From NCBI GenBank assembly GCA_965277285.1, contig OZ255721.1:1504001-1568000 (forward strand): 64,000 nucleotides of DNA, read 5' to 3'. A program made the translations under genes and the position numbers. A model generated the notes under the pieces. That model worked only from the letters and a program-made list of their open reading frames with translations, had not been told where the DNA came from and searched no databases. The DNA comes from Abditibacteriaceae bacterium. Lineage in GTDB: Bacteria > Armatimonadota > Abditibacteriia > Abditibacteriales > Abditibacteriaceae. Shown here one piece after another: positions 51,323 to 59,535 of this stretch; positions within the stretch are counted from its first letter, which is position 1, and the number at the start of each line of letters is the position of its first letter.

Positions 51323-51343
51323 CTTGATAATAATACACTCAAG
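51323..51343. promoter_or_regulatory. HAIR-like HspR operator upstream of clpB
   Basis: CTTGATA-N7-ACTCAAG versus consensus CTTGAGT-N7-ACTCAAG. Confidence 0.75.
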
Positions 51344-51422
51344 GTAAGACGCAAAGTTCATGCTATGGTTGCGCTCTTTTCAAGAGTTTTGAGTTTTGCG
51401 ATCTTCGTGTTACAATCGCGTC

Positions 51423-52198
51423 ATGTTTAGAAACCGTCCACTTTTGGCGCTGCTTCCGGTTTTGCTTTTGTCGGCGGCGATGGTTTTGTCGGCGTTGGTT
51501 ATTGCGCGCGCTTTCGTCCGCACACGTTCCAGCGATGACGGCATTCGCGTTATTGGTTCGGCGCGCAAGCCGATTCGCTCCGATTTCATCATCTGGAAAG
51601 GGCGCATCACGCAAACGGCGCCGACCGTGACCGTGGCGTATGCGCAATTAAAAGCGAACATCGTCAAAGTCGAAGATTACATTCGGAGCAAAGGCGTTCC
51701 GCAATCGGAGATTGTGCCGAACGCGGTCAACATCAAAACGCTGTACGCGAAAGTGGCGGGCGATAATTCGTCGCCGTCATCGGATGAAGATACTTCGGGT
51801 GCGGGCACTTACCGTCCGATTCAAGGTTACCAATTGTCGCAGGAAATCGAAGTGCGTTCGAGCAACGTGCCTCTGGTGGATGCAATTTCGCGCCAGTCCA
51901 CAGAACTCATCAGCACCGGCGTGCCATTTGTTTCTTCGGCGCCGATGTACCTTTACACCAAGCTGAGCGATCTCAAAGTAACGATGCAGGCCGAGGCCGC
52001 GCATGATGCTCGCGCTCGCGCCGACAGATTGCGGCGAACAGCGGTTGTCGTCTGGGCGCGGTGCGTTACGCTCGCATGAGCGCGCCGGACATTACGCCGT
52101 TGTATTCGACGCAGGAATCGGATGGCGGCGTGGACGACACATCTTCTCTGGACAAGAAAATTACGGCTGTCGTTGTAGTCTCTTACGCGGCTGATTAA
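51423..52198 (+). pseudogene. SIMPL (DUF541) domain protein with a 1-bp frameshift near 52024
   Basis: Homology runs AHDARARA-[GA]-QIAANSGCRLGAVRYARM...DDTSSLDKKITAVVVVSYAAD* across a frame change. Confidence 0.8.
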
Positions 52199-52268
52199 AA
52201 GGAAGAAGTGAAACTCGCACGTTATCGAGTACTCGATAATCGTACAGGCGCGTCAAGCGCCAAATGCG

Positions 52269-52637
52269 TCAAGCGCCAAATTTGTGAATTTGTCCATAGC
52301 GCACAATCGCCATTGACATGGATTCCGTTTCCGGCGTGTTGTCCGATGCAGCGGTTTTGGAAAGTCGTTCGATTTCGCCCAGCAGCTTGAAGACGACTTC
52401 GACGCCCGCCAGATTGACGCCCAATTCCTGCGTCAAATGCTGAATGCGGCGCACGCGCTCCACGTCTTCGTCCGAATAAAGGCGAATGTTGTTGGCGGTG
52501 CGCTGGGGCGAAATAAGCCCCATGCGCTCATACATACGCAAGGTTTGCGGATGCGTTTCGACCATCTGCGCCACGACCGAAATCTGATAAACCGTGACTT
52601 CTTCGTCCATCTTATTTTTGTCGCGCCCGTTGCGCAT
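52269..52637 (-). CDS. hspR: MerR-family heat-shock repressor HspR
   Basis: YQISVVAQMVETHPQTLRMYER.GLI.P.RT...RLYS; LTQELGVNLAGV; last gene of the dnaK-dnaJ operon. Confidence 0.88.
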   Translation of the reverse strand: MRNGRDKNKMDEEVTVYQISVVAQMVETHPQTLRMYERMGLISPQRTANNIRLYSDEDVERVRRIQHLTQELGVNLAGVEVVFKLLGEIERLSKTAASDNTPETESMSMAIVRYGQIHKFGA

Positions 52638-52668
52638 AGTTCACCTGCCTTTCGCTCTTCACTTTTAA

Positions 52669-52792
52669 TAGGACACGGATTTCATACACAGATCGAACGG
52701 GTTTTCACGGATCAAAAACAGAGAATCGAGTACTCAATTCCTCAAAACCCGTGTTCATCCGTTCAACCCGTGTAACGAAGTTCCGTGTCCTA
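52669..52792. repeat. Inverted repeat (ACACGGAT 9-bp periodic type) with a palindrome variant in its loop
   Basis: TAGGACACGGA..CACAGAT.GAACGGGTTTTCACGGAT ... CCCGTGTTCATCCGTTCAACCCGTG..TCCGTGTCCTA. Confidence 0.7.
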
Positions 52793-52798
52793 ATTTTT

Positions 52799-53839
52799 CT
52801 ACAAACCTTTCGGCAAATCTCGGCGCACGTTTTCACTGCGCAAACTCGACAGTTCTTCAACCAATTCGCGCTCGCGTTCGCTGAGGTTTTTGGGTACGGC
52901 GACTTTGATTTTGACGAAAATATCGCCGCTTTTGCCGTCTTTTTGCTTGACGCCGCGATCGCTCAAGCGAAAGGTTTGGCCGCTTTGCGTTCCAGCGGGA
53001 ATCTTCAAGTTGACTTCGTTTTCCGTCGTGGGAACCGCGATAGTTGCGCCCAGCACCGCTTCGCCAAAGTTGACAGGAACTTCACACGTCAAGTCGTCGC
53101 CTTCGCGCTTCCAGAACGGATGCGGCGCGATATGAATCTTGAGAAACAAATCGCCTTTTGCGCCGCCATTGGTGCCACTCGCGCCCTGATTTGCCACACG
53201 AACGCGCGCGCCTTCGCGCACTCCGGCGGGTATTTTGACCGTGACATTGCGCTGCTCGTCGCCCGCTTCGCTTTGAATCGTCAAGCGCAAACTGCGCTGC
53301 GTGCCTTTGATGCTTTCGCCCAGAGAAATCTCAATTGGCTGCTCGACATCGCCGCCTTTTTGCGGAGCGCGCGCACGATTGCCGCCAAAACCAAAGCCGC
53401 CGCGATTGTTGCCGCCGCGCCCGCCGAACAAGTTCTCGAAGACATCGGCGCCCTCGACATTGAAACCGCCGCTCCCGCCCTGACGCCGCACTTGCTCGAA
53501 CAAATCGTCCAGATTGGCGCCCGACGGATAACCAGAACTTCCGCCCGAATTGCCGCCGAAGCCACTTCCGCCACGCGAATAACGCGCGAAATCTTCCGCC
53601 GACATTCCCGCCGGAACCTTGTCGTAATCGTCGCCCACCTGGTCGTACAGAGAGCGCTTTTCCTTATCGCTGAGGACTTGAAACGCTTCGTTGATTTCCT
53701 TGAAGCGAGCCTCGGCGCCTTTGTCGTTCGGGTTGATGTCGGGATGATGCTGGCGCGCCAACTTGCGATAAGCGCGCTTGATTTCCTTTTCATCCGCCGT
53801 GCGCTCGACACCCAGAGTTTTGTAAAAGTCCTTAGCCAT
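52799..53839 (-). CDS. Class B J-domain chaperone (DnaJ/CbpA-like, no zinc finger)
   Basis: J domain with HPD, G/F-rich region, C-terminal VKIPAG and LKIPAGTQSG repeats. Confidence 0.93.
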   Translation of the reverse strand: MAKDFYKTLGVERTADEKEIKRAYRKLARQHHPDINPNDKGAEARFKEINEAFQVLSDKEKRSLYDQVGDDYDKVPAGMSAEDFARYSRGGSGFGGNSGGSSGYPSGANLDDLFEQVRRQGGSGGFNVEGADVFENLFGGRGGNNRGGFGFGGNRARAPQKGGDVEQPIEISLGESIKGTQRSLRLTIQSEAGDEQRNVTVKIPAGVREGARVRVANQGASGTNGGAKGDLFLKIHIAPHPFWKREGDDLTCEVPVNFGEAVLGATIAVPTTENEVNLKIPAGTQSGQTFRLSDRGVKQKDGKSGDIFVKIKVAVPKNLSERERELVEELSSLRSENVRRDLPKGL

Positions 53840-53842
53840 AAG

Positions 53843-53954
53843 AAGGAAGGATAAAGGACGAAGGATGAAGGATGAAGTCGAACGCGGAAATTGAAACGAC
53901 GCAGCGTTCATTTCGAGTACTCGATTCTTCATCCTTCATAACTCATCCTTCATC
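53843..53954. repeat. GGATGAA heptamer inverted repeat with the palindrome in its loop
   Basis: AAGGATAAAGGACGAAGGATGAAGGATGAAG ... TTCATCCTTCATAACTCATCCTTCATC. Confidence 0.8.
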
Positions 53955-53960
53955 ATTTGA

Positions 53961-54587
53961 TTAAGTTGGATTGCCTTCCGGCGCGTCGTCCGAATTGCCG
54001 CCGACAGCTTGCTCGTTAGCGCGTTGCGAATCGTCTTCTGGCGCGTCGTTCGACTTCGCGTTGTCTTCGCTGGGAACAGGCTTTGTGGTCGCGGCTTCGT
54101 CGTTTTCAGTATTCGATTGCATATTTATTGATTCCACTGCGTTACGCGTCGTGCCGACGTTGATCTGGCGCGGACGCGCGTCTTCACGCTTGGGAAGTCG
54201 CACTTCGAGTACGCCGTCTTCCAGGTTCGCCGTGACGGCGTTCGGGTCAACGCTGCGCGGCAAACTCAAAGAGCGCGCAAAGTTGCCATACGAGCGTTCG
54301 ACGCGACGATAGCGACCTTCGCTGTCCTCGGTTTTCTGCTCTTTGGCGCCTTTGATGGTCAGCACGTTGTCCTGCAACATCAACTGCAATTTGTCCTGCG
54401 CGACGCCCGGCACTTCGAGATGAACTGTGTAAGCATCGGCGTCTTCTTTCACATCGACCGCAGGCGCGAACATTCCCTCGCCCAAATTTTCGAGATGACC
54501 AAACAGATCGGAATCGAATTGATCGAACATCCGGTTAATTTGCTGCTGCAAACCCAGCATCGGATGCGTGGTGCGAATCAGGCTCAT
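53961..54587 (-). CDS. Hsp20/alpha-crystallin small heat-shock protein
   Basis: PAVDVKE, RVERSYGNFARS, A.LEDGVL.V.LPK. Confidence 0.95.
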   Translation of the reverse strand: MSLIRTTHPMLGLQQQINRMFDQFDSDLFGHLENLGEGMFAPAVDVKEDADAYTVHLEVPGVAQDKLQLMLQDNVLTIKGAKEQKTEDSEGRYRRVERSYGNFARSLSLPRSVDPNAVTANLEDGVLEVRLPKREDARPRQINVGTTRNAVESINMQSNTENDEAATTKPVPSEDNAKSNDAPEDDSQRANEQAVGGNSDDAPEGNPT

Positions 54588-54604
54588 GATGTCACCCTCT
54601 TTAT

Positions 54605-54714
54605 CAGGAGGCAGCGGCGGGAAGCAGCAGACAGTTCGAGTACTTGAAGTTCCAACTGTGACGTTGAAGCATTCTGCGCCACAACTGCCTCCTGCTTTCT
54701 GCGGCTGCCTACTG
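54605..54714. repeat. AGGCAG-type heptamer inverted repeat with a palindrome variant
   Basis: CAGGAGGCAGCGGCGGGAAGCAGCAGACAG ... CTGCCTCCTGCTTTCTGCGGCTGCCTACTG; TCGAGTACTTGA at 54636. Confidence 0.65.
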
Positions 54715-54716
54715 AA

Positions 54717-55136
54717 CTATTTGCTTTGAATTTCAATTTGTCGCGGTCGCGCGGCGGCTTGCTTGGGCAGGCGAATCGTCAAGACGCCGTTTTCGTAAGA
54801 GGCCGCGACGTTTTGCACGTCAACTGGCGTTTCGATTTGGAAGATGCGTTGCCACGCGCCGTATTGCCGCTCCAAGCGATGATAATGCTCGTTTCGAGTA
54901 CTCGATTGGCGCTTACGCTCGCCGCGCAACGTCAAGGTATCGCCCGTCAATTGAATGTCGATGTCTTCTTTTTTCATGCCTGGCAATTCGGCGTGCAAGA
55001 CAATTTCGCGTTCGTTTTCCGCGACATCAACGGCGGGCGCCCACAAGCGCGGCGTATCGTTGTTCTGCGTAAAAGCGCGATTCATTTGCTCGCGCAAAAT
55101 ATGCAAATCGTTCGTGGTTTGAAGAATCGAAGCCAT
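54717..55136 (-). CDS. Hsp20/alpha-crystallin small heat-shock protein
   Basis: WAPAVDVAE, RLERQYG, ASYENGVLTIRLPK. Confidence 0.95.
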   Translation of the reverse strand: MASILQTTNDLHILREQMNRAFTQNNDTPRLWAPAVDVAENEREIVLHAELPGMKKEDIDIQLTGDTLTLRGERKRQSSTRNEHYHRLERQYGAWQRIFQIETPVDVQNVAASYENGVLTIRLPKQAAARPRQIEIQSK

Positions 55137-55158
55137 AAGAAACCTCCTCGATTTTCTC

Positions 55159-55186
55159 GTAGGGGCGAGGCATGCCTCGCCCCTAC
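55159..55186. repeat. GTAG-type REP, perfect 28-bp palindrome
   Basis: GTAGGGGCGAGGCA|TGCCTCGCCCCTAC. Confidence 0.8.
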
Positions 55187-55195
55187 ATCAAACTC

Positions 55196-57085
55196 TTACT
55201 TCGCGTCTGTCACTTCGCCTTCCACGACTTCGCCTTCAACAGCGTCGTTTCGAGTACTCGAACCGTTGGTGTTCGCGCCATCCGCGTTGTCGTAACCGGC
55301 GTAGTCGCTGCCCGAAGGATTGGCACCCGCTTCCGGTTGGCCCGCCGCCTGATAAACGCTGGTTCCCGCCGCCTGATACGCGACCGTCAAGTTGTCCAAA
55401 GCGGTTTTCATCGCGCTGGTGTCGGTGCCATTGAAAGCGGTTTCAGCTTCGGCAATGGCGCTTTCCAATTGCGTTTTCTCGGTCGCGCCGATTTTGTCGC
55501 CGCTTTCGTCGCGGAACTTCTTGACCTGAAACAACGTGGAATCCAGATTGTTCTTGGTTTCGGCTGCCGTGCGACGCTCTTCGTCCGCCGCCGCGTTCTT
55601 TTCGGCTTCATCGACCATGCGCTCGATGTCTTTTTTGTCCAAGCCGCCGCTGCCCGTAATGGTGATTTTCTGTTCTTTGCCGCTTTGCAGTTCTTTGGCT
55701 GACACGTTCAAAATGCCGTTGGCGTCGATGTCAAACGTCACTTCGATTTTGGGCGTGTTGCGCGGCGCGGGCGGAATCTCGTTCAGATGAAATGTTCCCA
55801 GCGCTTTGTTATCCGCCGCCATTTTGCGTTCGCCCTGCAAAACCTTAATTTCAACGCTCGGCTGAAAATCGGAATACGTTGTGTAGGTTTCCTTGCGCTG
55901 ATGCGGAATCGCCGTGTTGCGCTCGATCATCGGCGTCATGATACCGCCCGCGGTTTCCACGCCCAGCGTCAAAGGCGTCACATCGACCAGCACCATGCCG
56001 GTTCCCGCGCTGCCCGGATTCGCCAACGTGTTCGCCTGCACCGCCGCGCCGACCGCAACCGCTTCGTCCGGGTTGACGCCCTGATGCGGGTCTTTGCCCG
56101 TCAACTGCTTCACCAGATCGACAACCGCGGGCATACGCGTGCTGCCGCCAATGAGAATCACTTCATCGACTTCACTCGCTTTCAAACCGGCGTCGCTCAA
56201 GGCACGCTCGAACGGCGCGCGTGTCCTTTCCAGCAAATCGTGCGTGATTTCCTGGAACTTGGCGCGCGTCACATCGAGTACCAAATGCTTCGGTCCGTTC
56301 GCGTCCATCGTGATAAACGGCAGGTTAATCGTTGTCTGAGTCGCCGATGACAACTCGATTTTGGCTTTTTCCGCGGCTTCTTTTAAACGCTGCAACGCCT
56401 GCGCGTCCTTGCGCAAATCGATGCCATCGCTCTTCTGAAACGTGTCGGCGATGTAGTTCATCAGGCGCTCGTCGAAATCGTCGCCGCCTAAGCGTGTGTC
56501 GCCCGCCGTCGATTTCACTTCGAGCAAGCCTTCGCTCACTTCGAGTACGGACACATCGAACGTTCCGCCGCCCAGGTCATAAACGATGATCGTTTCATCT
56601 TTGCCCTGACGATCCAGACCGTAAGCAATCGCCGCTGCCGTCGGTTCGTTGATGATGCGCAGCACGTTGAAACCGGCGATTTCACCGGCGTTTTTGGTCG
56701 CCGTGCGCTGGCTGTCATCGAAATACGCCGGAACCGTGATCACGGCGTCCGTCACTTTTTCGCCCAAACGCGTTTCCGCGTCGGCTTTCAATTTCGTCAA
56801 GATCATCGCCGAGATTTCTTCCGGCGAATAAGCTTTTCCATCAATGTTTACTTTGTCGCGCGTGCCCATCTTGCGCTTGATCGAGCGAATCGTGCGCTCA
56901 CTGTTCAAAACCGCCTGGCGCTTCGCCGGATCGCCGACCAAACGCTCGCCGGTTTTTGAAAACGCCACAATCGAGGGCGTCAAGCGACTGCCTTCGGCGT
57001 TCAATAAAACTTCTGGCTCGCCACCCTGCACAATCGCTACAACCGAGTTCGTCGTTCCCAAGTCAATTCCCACTGCTTTCGGCAT
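55196..57085 (-). CDS. dnaK: Chaperone DnaK
   Basis: [51 protein letters not shown]. Confidence 0.98.
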   Translation of the reverse strand: MPKAVGIDLGTTNSVVAIVQGGEPEVLLNAEGSRLTPSIVAFSKTGERLVGDPAKRQAVLNSERTIRSIKRKMGTRDKVNIDGKAYSPEEISAMILTKLKADAETRLGEKVTDAVITVPAYFDDSQRTATKNAGEIAGFNVLRIINEPTAAAIAYGLDRQGKDETIIVYDLGGGTFDVSVLEVSEGLLEVKSTAGDTRLGGDDFDERLMNYIADTFQKSDGIDLRKDAQALQRLKEAAEKAKIELSSATQTTINLPFITMDANGPKHLVLDVTRAKFQEITHDLLERTRAPFERALSDAGLKASEVDEVILIGGSTRMPAVVDLVKQLTGKDPHQGVNPDEAVAVGAAVQANTLANPGSAGTGMVLVDVTPLTLGVETAGGIMTPMIERNTAIPHQRKETYTTYSDFQPSVEIKVLQGERKMAADNKALGTFHLNEIPPAPRNTPKIEVTFDIDANGILNVSAKELQSGKEQKITITGSGGLDKKDIERMVDEAEKNAAADEERRTAAETKNNLDSTLFQVKKFRDESGDKIGATEKTQLESAIAEAETAFNGTDTSAMKTALDNLTVAYQAAGTSVYQAAGQPEAGANPSGSDYAGYDNADGANTNGSSTRNDAVEGEVVEGEVTDAK

Positions 57086-57148
57086 CGTCGTTCACCTCAT
57101 AATTCGTTACGTCGTTTTCGAGTACTCAATAGCTTAACATTTTGGTTG

Positions 57149-57169
57149 TGTGAGTGCCATACACTCAAG
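57149..57169. promoter_or_regulatory. HAIR-like HspR operator upstream of dnaK
   Basis: TGTGAGT-GCCATAC-ACTCAAG. Confidence 0.8.
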
Positions 57170-57241
57170 CGTTCGTCAATTTTTTTCCTGCGCCAATTTT
57201 GAAGTTTCAGCGCAGGAAAATGTTATGTGGAACAGGTTTTG

Positions 57242-57424
57242 TCAATTTTCGGCGTTCGCTTCGGCTCCCGTGATAGGGAACTTGTACGCCGTCGAAGTCG
57301 TGTAAGATTGCTCGCCAAAGCAGCGGCGGCAGACCAAAGGCGCGTTGTTCAAGCGCATCGCGCCACGCACGGTCTTGATATTTTGTCCACAGATCGAACA
57401 CTGCGTGTTTTTGTTTTCCGGCAT
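57242..57424 (-). CDS. Small zinc-ribbon-like protein (CxxC-x19-CxxC), 60 aa
   Basis: MPENKNTQCSIC...VCRRC; GAGGTG RBS; HAIR-like site upstream. Confidence 0.65.
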   Translation of the reverse strand: MPENKNTQCSICGQNIKTVRGAMRLNNAPLVCRRCFGEQSYTTSTAYKFPITGAEANAEN

Positions 57425-57444
57425 CAGTCACCTCAACAACCAAA

Positions 57445-57465
57445 GTTGAGTGTAAAACGCTCAAG
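57445..57465. promoter_or_regulatory. HAIR-like HspR operator upstream of the zinc-ribbon gene
   Basis: GTTGAGT-GTAAAAC-GCTCAAG. Confidence 0.7.
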
Positions 57466-57531
57466 CCCCGATTTTGGTTCCAATTGAGTACTCGATTTCC
57501 ATCAATTAAACTTGAGGAGATTCGTTGTTCC

Positions 57532-57604
57532 GTGGCAGCGAGTCTCCTTGCCCAACTTTGAACCGTGTGACGCACCAAATCGGGCGAGGCGACCTCGCCC
57601 CTAC
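57532..57604. repeat. Degenerate GTAG REP doublet
   Basis: Right arm GGGCGAGGCGACCTCGCCCCTAC; eroded left arm GTGGCAGCGAGTCTCCTTGCCC. Confidence 0.55.
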
Positions 57605-57624
57605 AATTTCATCACGGCTGATTT

Positions 57625-58422
57625 ATGACTTCACCGAAAAACTCTCAAAATCACTTCAAATTGCCGACATCGTTGAACTTGCGCGCGTGGTGGAAGCACA
57701 ACTATTTCGAGCCGTCGCACGTGACGTGGCAGACCGGCGCGCCGCGCGAAACTCCGACTGGACGCGAAAAGCATTGTGTTTTATTGCACGGCTGGAATTC
57801 GCCGGGCTGGTTCCTGGAAGATTTGAAGGACGCGTTGCGCGCTTTGCCGCAGGCCGCGTCGTGGCGTTTCTGGATTCCCGATTATCCGACGCATCGTTAC
57901 TCTTTTGTGCGTGCAGCGAGCGAAGTGCGGCGCGCTTTGTTGTCGCAATCGGTTTCGTGGGACGACGTGGTTTTAATCGGTTATTCGATGGGCGGTTTGG
58001 TGGCGCGTCAAATGGCGCGCGATGGGTTTCCGTGCCGTAGTTTGGTGACGCTTTGTTCGCCGCACGAAGGCGTTTTGCCGTGGGTTCCGCTGCCGACGAT
58101 GGGGCCGCAATCGCTGGGAAAATCGAGTACTCAATTGCGCAATTTGAACCGCGATCCGCGCGACATAAAGTTACGTGAACATGCGCATTTCTTCGCCATC
58201 AATTATCACGACCGCCTGGGAAATCACCGGCACGACGGCCTGGTGCCGGAAAGCAGCGCGCGCGGCGATCATCTGGGAAATGTCGCGCAACGCCAAACCA
58301 TTCATCTCGAATATGGCCGCGAAGTCGCATCAATCATTCCCGTTGGCCCGCACGTTAGGGGCATGAATCCGCAAATTATGGTTCCCGTACTCGGAACCTG
58401 CGCGCAGTTGTTTGAGGTTTGA
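57625..58422 (+). CDS. Alpha/beta hydrolase (lipase/PGAP1-like)
   Basis: LLHGW, nucleophile elbow GYSMGG, SPHEG, DGLVP. Confidence 0.85.
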   Translation: MTSPKNSQNHFKLPTSLNLRAWWKHNYFEPSHVTWQTGAPRETPTGREKHCVLLHGWNSPGWFLEDLKDALRALPQAASWRFWIPDYPTHRYSFVRAASEVRRALLSQSVSWDDVVLIGYSMGGLVARQMARDGFPCRSLVTLCSPHEGVLPWVPLPTMGPQSLGKSSTQLRNLNRDPRDIKLREHAHFFAINYHDRLGNHRHDGLVPESSARGDHLGNVAQRQTIHLEYGREVASIIPVGPHVRGMNPQIMVPVLGTCAQLFEV

Positions 58423-58433
58423 GAGTTAGCGCA

Positions 58434-58907
58434 TTACTTTATTTGTGAGCTGTAATAGCCCTGTTTACCGACGCCAATTGTATCAAAGTAAACGCCTTCC
58501 AAATCAGCTGGATCGTCTTGCGGCTCTGGCATCACGGCGCGCCAAAGACTTAATTCAAGAGCAGGAAAAACGTAGCTGTAGCCATGTTCCCGATTGGATT
58601 TATCTACCTCGGCGTTTTGTGAAACAATACCAACCAATTCATCGGCCTTCGTTTCAAAAACAGAAACGTTGTTATACAAAGCAATGAATGCACCACGTCG
58701 GGACAGCTCGATGTACTCCGCTTTGTCTTCGTCGTCAAAGAAGATTTGAAAGCACGATTCGAGATAAGCATCGGTCAACATTGCGACATTAAATGACTTT
58801 CTAAATGATGTAAAAGGAAGCGCCATTATCGAACGCGTCTCGTCGCGCGACATTCCCAAACGAACATCGCTAACGCCTTGCAACGGGACGATCTCATACA
58901 TTTTCAT
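58434..58907 (-). CDS. Hypothetical protein
   Basis: 157-aa ORF, GAAGGAAG RBS, PLQGVSDVRLGM and YFDTIGVG motifs. Confidence 0.7.
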   Translation of the reverse strand: MKMYEIVPLQGVSDVRLGMSRDETRSIMALPFTSFRKSFNVAMLTDAYLESCFQIFFDDEDKAEYIELSRRGAFIALYNNVSVFETKADELVGIVSQNAEVDKSNREHGYSYVFPALELSLWRAVMPEPQDDPADLEGVYFDTIGVGKQGYYSSQIK

Positions 58908-59007
58908 TTTCTTCCTTCACTAAACTGGCAATTGTGACAAATCAAGCAAAGTAGCAGCAACGCGCAGATTATGAATCGAGTACTCGAAACCCGCGCGTTT
59001 ATTTGCT

Positions 59008-59535
59008 TCAAGTTAAAAGTTCGCCGTTCGCTTCATTTACTTTGAAGTCTTCCCAAAGTTCCGGCGGATCGTAGCAAGCAGTACCAGAGATGACGCCGTT
59101 TGTGCATTCGCTGAGAATAATTCCGTCAGCCGCCAACGTCTTGCGCCATAAAACAGTGCCGTTTTGATCGAAAGCGAATAAGTCGGAGTAATCCGCGACG
59201 AAGAGTTTTGTTCGGTCGTCGTTGAACAGCCAACCAGTCGCTAAGGCTTCGTAAGAACGATAACCGTCGGGATTGTGTGCGGAAACAAAATAACAATTTC
59301 CGTCGGCGATAATAACAAACAATTGCGCTTCTTCCCAGACAAAAGCATTGGCGTAATAGGAATGGCCGAGATGAAAGTTTCCGATCCACGATGTTTCGTC
59401 GTCCAAAGAAAGTCGCGCGACGAACTCTTGTCGCCACGGCGTCGGATGGCCGCAGTGATAATGCTTCGGTAGCGGTCCATCGCTGGGCAGACCAGCCAAA
59501 ATTTCAACTTTCATTTGCTTGCCGCCATCGTTCAT
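59008..59535 (-). CDS. Hypothetical protein
   Basis: 175-aa acidic/aromatic ORF whose start overlaps the upstream stop. Confidence 0.65.
   Translation of the reverse strand: MNDGGKQMKVEILAGLPSDGPLPKHYHCGHPTPWRQEFVARLSLDDETSWIGNFHLGHSYYANAFVWEEAQLFVIIADGNCYFVSAHNPDGYRSYEALATGWLFNDDRTKLFVADYSDLFAFDQNGTVLWRKTLAADGIILSECTNGVISGTACYDPPELWEDFKVNEANGELLT

Noticed and set aside
57207..57578. 123-aa ORF overlapping the zinc-ribbon gene
   Set aside because: It overlaps a better-supported ORF (RBS, Cys motif, operator) and runs through repeat DNA.
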